Below the pieces are notes generated by a model. It was not told the DNA's origin, searched no databases, and saw only the letters and a list, made by a program, of their open reading frames with translations. From contig CAVPLS010000005.1 of assembly GCA_963706355.1 (NCBI GenBank), positions 549,898 through 581,897 on the forward strand: a stretch of DNA of 32,000 nucleotides, given 5' to 3'. Origin of the DNA: an uncultured Actinomycetota bacterium (GTDB taxonomy: Bacteria; Actinomycetota; Actinomycetes; Propionibacteriales; Nocardioidaceae). Position numbers and translations under genes: made by a program. Of the stretch, positions 8,424-15,335 are shown in pieces (the stretch's first letter is position 1; each line of letters opens with the position of its first letter).

Positions 8424-9620
8424 CTAGTCGATCACCCGGAGCCGGACCGTCTCCGGCACGGCCTGGAGGCTGGCCATCACCTCGGGCGAGAGGCCCGATC
8501 CGGTGTCCGTCACGACGTACCCGGTGTGACCGCGGGTGGCGAGCACCTGCCCGCCGATGTTCACGTCGTGCTCGGCGAGAACCTGGTTGACGTGCGCGAG
8601 CACGCCCGGGGTGTTCTGGTGGATGTGCGCGATCCGCTGCGCGTGTGCGGAGCGGCCGGGGGTGAGGGTCGGGAGGTTCACCGACAGCGACGTGCTGCCG
8701 TAGAGCACGTAGTCGCGGAGCTTGCCGCCGACGAAGCGACCGATGTCCTCCTGCGCCTCCTCGGTCGACCCGCCGACGTGCGGGGTGAGGATCACGTTCG
8801 GCAGCCCGCGCAAAGGTGACTCGAACGCGTCGCCGCGGCCCTTCGGCTCGGTGGGGAACACGTCGACCGCCGCACCCGCGACATGGCCGGAGACCACGCT
8901 GTCGCGCAGCGCCTCGTAGTCCACGACGAAGCCGCGCGACAGGTTCAGGAACAGCGACCGCGGTCGCATCCGGGCGAGCTGCTCGGCCCCGAAGATGCCG
9001 GCGTTCCCGGCCCGGCCGTCGACGTGCAGGGTGACCGTCTCGACGGTGTCGAGCAGCTCCTCGAGCGACGAGCACCGCTTGGCGTTGCCGAGGGCCAGCT
9101 TGTCGTCGGTGTCGTAGAAGTAGACCTGCATGCCGAGCATCTCCGCGACCACGGAGAGCTGCGAGCCGATGTTGCCGTAGCCCACGATGCCGAGGGTGCG
9201 ACCGCGGATCTCGTGGCTGCCGGTCGCCGACTTGTCCCAGACGCCCGCGTGCAGCGCCTTGTCGCGCTCGGTGAGCCGGCGGGCCATCGCGATGATGTTG
9301 GCCACCGCCAGCTCCACGACCGAGCGGGTGTTGGAGAAGGGTGCGTTGAAGGCCGCGATGCCGTGCTGGGTCGCGGCGTCCAGCGCGATCTGGTTGGTGC
9401 CGATGCAGAAGGCACCGATCGCGACCAGCTCCGGCCGGGCCTCGAGCACCCGCGGCGTGACCTCGGTCTTGGAGCGGATGCCGAGCAGGTCGACGCCGTC
9501 CAGCGCCGCGATCAGCTCGTCCTCGTCGAGCGCCGACGACCGGGCGTCGACCTCGATCCCGGCCTCGCCGAGGATCGTCGACGCCAACGGGTGCAGGTTC
9601 TCCAGGAGCAGTGCTTTCAC
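8424..9620 (-). CDS. serA: D-3-phosphoglycerate dehydrogenase (E. coli-type, with C-terminal ACT domain)
   Basis: Near-collinear with E. coli SerA: AIGAFCIGTNQIALDAA, FNAPFSNTRSVVEL, LGIVGYGNIGSQL, TPHVGGSTEEAQE, HIHQNTPGVLA. The GTG at 9620 (VKALLLENLH) gives 398 aa. The GTG at 9755 would add an Arg-rich, non-conserved extension. Confidence 0.9.
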   Translation of the reverse strand: MKALLLENLHPLASTILGEAGIEVDARSSALDEDELIAALDGVDLLGIRSKTEVTPRVLEARPELVAIGAFCIGTNQIALDAATQHGIAAFNAPFSNTRSVVELAVANIIAMARRLTERDKALHAGVWDKSATGSHEIRGRTLGIVGYGNIGSQLSVVAEMLGMQVYFYDTDDKLALGNAKRCSSLEELLDTVETVTLHVDGRAGNAGIFGAEQLARMRPRSLFLNLSRGFVVDYEALRDSVVSGHVAGAAVDVFPTEPKGRGDAFESPLRGLPNVILTPHVGGSTEEAQEDIGRFVGGKLRDYVLYGSTSLSVNLPTLTPGRSAHAQRIAHIHQNTPGVLAHVNQVLAEHDVNIGGQVLATRGHTGYVVTDTGSGLSPEVMASLQAVPETVRLRVID

Positions 9621-9796
9621 GCCCCCACTGTCCCAGGAGACCTCGACGGCTCCGGTGCCGACCCTGCTCGCGTGGACACGTCGGCTCTTGACCTGGGCAA
9701 CATTCGCTATGTCGGGGGACCGCCTCGTGGTGCTGTACTGGGCAGGTCGCCCCACGCAGCAGTCCGTCTACGCCTGCGCCCGGGGAGGTGGTCCAC

Positions 9797-10231
9797 ATGG
9801 ACATGACGGCAGACGACCCCACCTGGGAGCGGCTGGAGGACCAGCTCGCCTGGTACGACGGCAAGAGCCGCGACAACCAGCGCCGTTACAAGTGGCTCAA
9901 GCTGCTCGAGCTCGCGGTCGCAGCGGCACTCCCCGTCGTGGCTGCGCTGGAGAGCCCGGTGTGGCTGACCGGCGGGCTGGCCGCGGTGATCGTCGTGCTC
10001 GAAGGCGCCCAGCACCTGTTCCAGTTCCAGGAGCACTGGATCACCTACCGCTCCACCGCCGAGGCGCTGAAGCACGAGCGCTACCTGTACCTCGCGCAGG
10101 CGGGTCCGTACGCCGGCGAGGCCCGGCACCGCCAGCTGGCGGAGCGGCTCGAGGGGCTGATCTCCCAGGAGCACGCGAAGTGGACGGCCAGCCACCGGGA
10201 CACGCACGGTCAAGGGGAGGACGAGACATGA
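9797..10231 (+). CDS. DUF4231 / SLATT-superfamily 2-TM protein
   Basis: The ATG at 9797 lies 8 nt after GGGGAGG (9782-9788); the alternative GTG is at 9788. WYDGKSRDNQRRYKWLKLLE is followed by two hydrophobic helices (LAVAAALPVVAAL and WLTGGLAAVIVVLEGAQHLF). Then comes the family-typical W-I-T-Y-R-S-T-A-E-A-L-K-H-E-R-Y-L-Y-L motif. The stop overlaps the next start (ATGA). Confidence 0.82.
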   Translation: MDMTADDPTWERLEDQLAWYDGKSRDNQRRYKWLKLLELAVAAALPVVAALESPVWLTGGLAAVIVVLEGAQHLFQFQEHWITYRSTAEALKHERYLYLAQAGPYAGEARHRQLAERLEGLISQEHAKWTASHRDTHGQGEDET

Positions 10232-11157
10232 GCGGCATCTTCCTGAGCTACCGACGCGACGACGCATCGGGCTGGGCCGGGCGTCTCTACGAGCATCTCG
10301 TGCGTGACTGGGGAACCGATCACGTGTTCATGGACATCGACACCATCGCGCCGGGTGAGGACTTCCGGAAGGCGATCGCGCGGACGATGGACACCTGCGA
10401 CGTCGTGATGATCGTGATCGGGCCCAACTGGATCGACGCCCGCGACCAGGCGGGGCGGCGCCGCCTCGAGCAGGAGAGCGACACGCACCGGGCGGAGGTC
10501 GTCGCCGCGCTGTCGGCCGACGTCCGGGTCGTCCCCGTCCTCGTGGGCGGTGCGACCATGCCGGCGATGAACCAGCTGCCGGGTCCCATGCAGGAGCTGG
10601 TCTACCGCAACGCCGCGATCGTGGAGGACCGCAGGTTCGCCAGTGACGTCGATGCCCTGCAACGCACGCTGAGAGGACTGACAGCGCCGACCGACCACAG
10701 CGAGCCGCAAGAGGTCTCCACGGAGCCGGGGGCGAGGATGGCGGAGCCGGTGCGCGCCGTCCCGCGGAGGCCGTCCCCCGCCGGTCCGTCGGAGCAGACC
10801 GGCGCGTGGGTGCTCGTCCTGGTCGGCGCGGCCATGGTCCTTCTCTGGGGTGTCCTGCTGCCGCGGGGCTGGCACAACGAGTTCGGGGCCATCAGGGTCA
10901 TCGGCGGTGTGCTGCTGCTGGCCGGCGTGGCTGCGGGACTGTGGATGCGACGGTGGACGTGGGTGCTCGCCGCAGGAGCTGTCGGGTTGACCGGGTTCGT
11001 GCTCTGGATGCTCCAGCTGCTCAGCACGCACGGCGACGAGGTCGGTGAGCTCTTCGGGTTCGGGTACGACGGGCTCGGCAACACCGCGACGTTCGTCGGC
11101 GCTGTCCTGGTGCTGGTGGGTGGCGCGATCGGCGCACGGAACGAACGCGCCGGCTGA
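10228..11157 (+). CDS. TIR-domain protein with C-terminal 4-TM module
   Basis: 309 aa. The ATG follows AAGGGGAGGA. The TIR_2-type N-terminus reads GIFLSYRRDDASGWAGRLYEHL, DVVMIVIGPNW, THRAEVVAAL and VVPVLVGGATMP. A Pro/Glu-rich linker covers aa ~150-190. Four hydrophobic helices follow (WVLVLVGAAMVLLWGVLL, IRVIGGVLLLAGVAAGLWM, WTWVLAAGAVGLTGFVLWMLQLL, ATFVGAVLVLVGGAIG). Confidence 0.88.
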   Translation: MSGIFLSYRRDDASGWAGRLYEHLVRDWGTDHVFMDIDTIAPGEDFRKAIARTMDTCDVVMIVIGPNWIDARDQAGRRRLEQESDTHRAEVVAALSADVRVVPVLVGGATMPAMNQLPGPMQELVYRNAAIVEDRRFASDVDALQRTLRGLTAPTDHSEPQEVSTEPGARMAEPVRAVPRRPSPAGPSEQTGAWVLVLVGAAMVLLWGVLLPRGWHNEFGAIRVIGGVLLLAGVAAGLWMRRWTWVLAAGAVGLTGFVLWMLQLLSTHGDEVGELFGFGYDGLGNTATFVGAVLVLVGGAIGARNERAG

Positions 11158-11189
11158 CCGACCCGAAGGCCGCGCTGGAACCGCGTTAG

Positions 11190-11690
11190 TGCGCCGACCG
11201 GCGACGGCTGCTCGACCGGGCCCTGCAGACCGTGCAGCGGCGCGAGGGCAAGAAGCCCTCCGCCGTGGTGAACGAGCTGGCCAAGAAGCTGCGGCCGGAG
11301 CTCTACCAGCGCCTCGAGACGGCCGGCATCCTGCGCGCCGAGCGGAACAGGCTCCTGGGCGTCTTCCCGACCACGGTGTGGCCGACGGCCTCGGCCGACC
11401 ACGAGACCGCCGTACGACGCGCGATCACGTCGGCGCTGGTGCAGGGGCTGACGCCGGAGCCGAGGGCCGGCGCACTCGTCGCGCTGCTGCACGCGCTCCG
11501 GGTCACCCACAAGGTCGTCGTGCCCAAGGAGCACGGGCTCCGCCGCCGCGAGGTCGACCGTCGCGCCAAGGAGATCGCCGAGGGCAGCTGGGGATCCCAG
11601 GCGGTGCGCGACGCGGTCGACGCGATGATGGTCGCGGTGACGGCGGCGGTCACCGCCAGCACGGCGGCGGCGACCGCGTCGAGCGGCTGA
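11190..11690 (+). pseudogene. GPP34/GOLPH3-family protein, 5-prime-truncated (remnant ORF 11232-11690)
   Basis: LLDRALQTVQRREGKKPSAVVNELAKKLRPELYQRLETAGILRAE..LGVFPTT..DHETAVRRAI..PEPRAGALVALLHAL is collinear with the central and C-terminal parts of bacterial GPP34 proteins. The roughly 65-75-aa N-terminal region is absent. Homology continues upstream of the GTG at 11232 and stops at an in-frame TAG (11187-11189), 30 nt after the TIR stop. Confidence 0.72.
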
Positions 11691-11721
11691 CCCCTCGGGA
11701 TGACAGCGCCGCTGCCTGGCG

Positions 11722-13540
11722 TTGACTACCGGCGTGACCCCACCCGACACCGGACGACGACCGCGCGTGCGCGCCCCCGAGCTGCACGGACGCGGCTGGC
11801 TGAACACCGGCGGCGCGGACCTGAGCCTCGCCGAGCTGCGCGGCCGCTTCGTGCTGCTCGACTTCTGGGCGTTCTGCTGCATCAACTGCCTGCACGTCCT
11901 CGACGAGCTGCGGCCCGTCGAGGAGAAGTACGACGGTGAGCTCGTCGTCGTCGGCGTGCACTCGCCGAAGTTCGTGCACGAGGCCGACGCGGACGCTCTG
12001 GCCGCTGCCGTCGAGCGCTACGACGTCGAGCACCCGGTCCTCGACGACCCCGAGCTGGTGACCTGGCAGGCCTACACCGCACGGGCCTGGCCGACGCTGG
12101 TCCTCGTCGACCCCGAGGGCTACGTCGTCGCGCAGTACGCCGGCGAGGGACACGCGCACGCGATCGACGCGCTCGTCGCGGAGCTCCGCGAGGTGCACGC
12201 CGCCCGAGGCACGCTCCAGCCCGGTGACTCGCCCTACGTCGCACCCGAGCCCCAAGCAGGTGATCTCAGGTTCCCGGCGAAGGCGATCGCCCTTGCCGGC
12301 AAGGGCTTCCTCGTCGCCGACGCGGGACACCACAGCCTGGTCGAGCTGGAGCCCGACGCCGAGACCGTCGTCCGCAGGATCGGGTCCGGCGAGCGCGGAC
12401 TCGTGGACGGCGGCCCCGACGACGCGCGCCTCAACGAGCCCAACGGCCTGTGCCTACTGCCCGATGACGTCGCGGCCGAGGTCGGCTACGACGTCGTGGT
12501 CGCCGACACCGTGAACCACGCGCTGCGCGGCGTACACCTGGGGAGCGGCACCGTCAGCACGCTGGCCGGCACCGGGCACCAGCTCATGCAGGGCGACCGG
12601 GACACGGGTGCGCTGTCGAGCCCGTGGGACGTGACCTGGTGGCAGGACCGGGTGTGGGTGGCGATGGCCGGCGTGCACCAGCTCTGGACCTTCGACCCGC
12701 GCACCGGCAGCACCGAGGTCGCCGCCGGGACCGCCAACGAGGGGCTGCTCGACGGTCCCCTCGTCGACGCGTGGTTCGCGCAGACCTCGGGCTTCGCTCC
12801 GGCCGGCTGACCGGCTCTGGATCGCCGACAGCGAGACGTCCAGCGTGCGCTACGTCGAGGGCGACGCCGTGCACACCGTTGTCGGCAGCGGGCTGTTCGA
12901 CTTCGGCTTCCAGGACGGCGACGCCGACCAGGCGTTGTTCCAGCACCCGCTCGGCGTCACGGTGCTGCCCGACGGCTCGGTCGCGGTGTGCGACACCTAC
13001 AACGGGGCGGTGCGGAGGATCACCGACGGTGTCGTCAGCACGATCGCCACGGGCCTGGCCGAGCCCAGCGGCGCCGTCGTGGACGGAGACCACCTCGTCG
13101 TCGTCGAGTCGGCCGCGCACCGACTGACCCGAGTGCCCCTGGCGGGGATCGCGACCGCCGACGGTTTCGCGCACACGACCACGCGGCCGGTCACCGAGAT
13201 CGCCGGCGGCGACCTGGAGATCGTCGTCGACTTCACCCCGCCGCCCGGGCAGAAGGTCGACGACCGGTTCGGTCCGCCGTCGCAGCTGTTCGTGTCCTCG
13301 ACCCCTCCCGGCCTGATCCGTCGGGGCGAGGGCCGCGGCACCGACCTCACCCGCGTCGTCGGCATCGACGCCGCGGTCGGCGACGGCGTGTTGCACGTCG
13401 CCGCCCGTGCCGCCTCCTGCGACGCGCACGGGGGAGAGGGCGCCGCGTGCCACCTGCACCAGCAGGACTGGGGCGTGCCCGTCCGCGTCACCCCCGACGG
13501 CGCGGCGCGATTGGTCCTCCCCCTGTCCGGCCGCTCGTGA
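11722..13540 (+). pseudogene. Thioredoxin-like + NHL-repeat protein, split by a frameshift near 12808
   Basis: ORF 11722-12810 carries the redoxin part (LLDFWAFCCINCLHVLDEL) and the first NHL repeats, and ends ..AQTSGFAPAG-TGA. The +1 frame then continues DRLWIADSETSSVRYVEGD..LFDFGFQDG..TYNGAVRRI to 13540. Removing one base around 12805-12810 restores a single protein of about 605 aa. The alternative start is the GTG at 11767 (VRAPEL). Confidence 0.8.
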
Positions 13541-13636
13541 CGTCATACAAAGCCGCACGTATGACGACCAGGGTGGATGACGCACCGCCGGACGTCATAC
13601 AAAGCCGCACGTATGACGACCAAGGTGGATGACGCA
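13539..13636. repeat. Two tandem copies of a 46-nt element (period 52 nt, 45/46 identical)
   Basis: The two copies are 13539-13584 and 13591-13636: GACGTCATACAAAGCCGCACGTATGACGACCA(G/A)GGTGGATGACGCA. Each contains an 8-bp inverted repeat CGTCATAC-N10-GTATGACG and three ATGACG/CGTCAT hexamers. The first copy starts inside the stop codon of the upstream gene. Confidence 0.85.
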
Positions 13637-13669
13637 ACGCAGCGCGTGGTCGGGCCGACGCTCTCGCAC

Positions 13670-13678
13670 TGGTAGAAT
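13670..13678 (+). promoter_or_regulatory. Candidate extended -10 promoter element TGGTAGAAT
   Basis: This is an AT-rich hexamer, TAGAAT, with an upstream TG, in otherwise GC-rich DNA. I see no convincing -35. It lies 164 nt upstream of the helicase start. Confidence 0.3.
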
Positions 13679-13689
13679 CGTCAACAGCC

Positions 13690-13714
13690 AAGGCCGTTCG
13701 CGGCCTTTATTTTG
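13690..13714 (+). terminator. Intrinsic-terminator-like hairpin with UUCG tetraloop and U-rich tail
   Basis: AAGGCCG-TTCG-CGGCCTT is followed by TATTTTG. It could terminate the upstream NHL gene. Alternatively it could be a 5-prime leader or attenuator element of the helicase mRNA. Confidence 0.5.
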
Positions 13715-13841
13715 TGGCCCGGTGTGGGTGCGCGGATCTCGCGCAAGACCAGTGATCGGGCACGAACTGCGTCTCGCAGGCTCGCCGGACCACGCCGTGG
13801 AATCCGTGCAGGGACGTGCCCGCTACGTCTGAGGATTCCTT

Positions 13842-15263
13842 TTGCCTTCCCCTGTCACCCTGCCGTCGTTCGCCCAGCTCGGCCTCGCCGGCAAGGTCAT
13901 CATGGCTCTCGAGAAGCTCGAGATCACCACCCCCACGCCCGTCCAGGCCGCCGTCATCCCCGACGCGATGAAGGGCCGCGACGTGCTCGGCCGCGCGCAG
14001 ACCGGCTCCGGCAAGACGCTGGCGTTCGGGCTGCCGATCCTGGCCCGCCTCGCCGGCGAGCGCAGCCGCCCCAAGCACCCCCGCGCGATGGTCATCGTGC
14101 CGACGCGCGAGCTGGCCACCCAGGTGCGTCGCTCCCTCGAGCCGCTGGCGTTCGCCACCGGCCTCAAGCTCGTCACCGTGTACGGCGGCACGCCGTACGA
14201 CCGCCAGATCAAGCAGCTGCGCGCCGGGGCCGACATCGTCGTGGCCACGCCGGGCCGCCTGCAGGACCTGATGGACAAGGGCCACTGCCGCACCGACGAC
14301 GTCCAGGTCACCGTCCTCGACGAGGCCGACCACCTGTGCGACCTCGGCTTCTACCCGGCCGTCGACAAGCTGCTCAAGGCCACCCCGGCCACCGGTCAGC
14401 GGATGCTGCTCTCCGCCACGCTCGACGGTGACGTCGACCGGCTGGTCCGCGCGCACCTGCGCGAGCCGGTCCTGCACGAGCTCGACGCCAACAAGGGCTC
14501 GGTGACCACGATGGCGCACCACGTGCTCGTCGTCGGCGGCTTCCGCGACAAGGTCGACGCCGCGGTCTCGCTGATGGAGGCCAACCCGCGCTCCATCGTG
14601 TTCACCCGCACGCGCGAGGGCGCCACCGAGCTGGCCGAGGCCCTCGGCACGCACGGCATCGAGGCCGTCGACCTGCACGGCAACCTGTCCCAGCGGGTGC
14701 GCGAGCGCAACCTGCACAAGTTCTCCTCCGGCAAGGCCTCCGTGGTCGTCGCCACCGACGTCGCCGCCCGCGGCATCCACGTCGACAGCGTCGGCCTGGT
14801 CGTGCACTTCGACCCGCCGGCCGACGCCAAGGCCTACCTCCACCGCTCCGGCCGTACGGCGCGCGCCGGCGAGTCCGGTGCGGTCGTCTCTATCACCACG
14901 CCGCGTCAGGTCGACGACGTCGTGCGGATGATGAGCCGCGCCGGTGTCGAGTCGCTGCACCACGACTCGCGCACCACCCCGCGGCCGATGACCGCCGAGG
15001 CTCTCGCCACGTCCGGGACGCCTGCTCCGGCGGCGAACCGTGGCGGGTCCACGGCAGCGAGCCGGGGCCGCAGCTCCTACCGGGGCGGCGGCAGCAGCGG
15101 TGGCTACCGCGGCAGCAACAGCGGTGGCAACAGCGGGGGACGCAGCAGCGGTGGCTACCGCGGGGGCTCACCCAGCCGCGGTGGCTCCGGTGGCCGCAAC
15201 GCCGGTGGCGGTCGCCCCAAGACGGTCAGCCGCGGCGAGCGCTGGGCACCCGCCGAGCGCTGA
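13842..15263 (+). CDS. DEAD-box ATP-dependent RNA helicase with Gly/Arg/Ser-rich C-terminal tail
   Basis: The TTG start lies 6 nt after GAGGA. That start is needed to include the Q-motif context SFAQLGL..TPTPVQ. Motifs present: AQTGSGKT, PTRELA, VLDEADHL, SAT, HRSGRTARAG. The tail contains repeated SGGYRG and RGG units. Confidence 0.92.
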   Translation: MPSPVTLPSFAQLGLAGKVIMALEKLEITTPTPVQAAVIPDAMKGRDVLGRAQTGSGKTLAFGLPILARLAGERSRPKHPRAMVIVPTRELATQVRRSLEPLAFATGLKLVTVYGGTPYDRQIKQLRAGADIVVATPGRLQDLMDKGHCRTDDVQVTVLDEADHLCDLGFYPAVDKLLKATPATGQRMLLSATLDGDVDRLVRAHLREPVLHELDANKGSVTTMAHHVLVVGGFRDKVDAAVSLMEANPRSIVFTRTREGATELAEALGTHGIEAVDLHGNLSQRVRERNLHKFSSGKASVVVATDVAARGIHVDSVGLVVHFDPPADAKAYLHRSGRTARAGESGAVVSITTPRQVDDVVRMMSRAGVESLHHDSRTTPRPMTAEALATSGTPAPAANRGGSTAASRGRSSYRGGGSSGGYRGSNSGGNSGGRSSGGYRGGSPSRGGSGGRNAGGGRPKTVSRGERWAPAER

Positions 15264-15275
15264 TCGCTCACACAC

Positions 15276-15321
15276 ACGCCGAAGGGGCGCCGGGACTCAG
15301 GTCCCGGCGCCCCTTCGGCGT
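15276..15321. terminator. Bidirectional terminator hairpin (21-bp perfect stem, 4-nt loop)
   Basis: ACGCCGAAGGGGCGCCGGGAC-TCAG-GTCCCGGCGCCCCTTCGGCGT lies between the convergent helicase and small membrane protein genes. The U-tracts are weak (TTGTGT / GTGTGTG). Confidence 0.7.
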
Positions 15322-15335
15322 TGTGTCGTGGTGCC

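Noticed and set aside
9688-9713. TTGACC ... TATGTC as the promoter of the SLATT-TIR operon
   Set aside because: The spacer is only 14 nt and the -10 candidate lacks the conserved final T. I therefore do not list it as a feature. The real promoter in the 170-nt serA/SLATT divergent region remains unidentified.
9187-11157. 656-aa ORF in the six-frame track that appears to be one large protein ending in the TIR domain
   Set aside because: Its first ~345 aa are antisense to serA and out of frame across the SLATT gene. They are Arg/Pro/Gly/Ala-rich with no domain, typical of spurious open frames in high-GC DNA. A strong SD plus ATG at 10228, at the exact start of the TIR motif (MSGIFLSYRRDD), defines the real gene.
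9655-11220. Short shared strings (GCCGACC ... CTGCTCG) on both flanks of the SLATT-TIR cassette as possible target-site duplications or terminal repeats
   Set aside because: The matches are 7 nt each and GC-rich. The spacing differs between the two sides, so they are not distinguishable from chance by eye. No transposase or recombinase is associated.
13539-13636. The tandem 46-nt repeats as a possible CRISPR array
   Set aside because: There are only two copies, separated by 6 nt and with no spacers. No cas genes lie nearby, and the repeats carry internal hairpins more like REP or operator elements.
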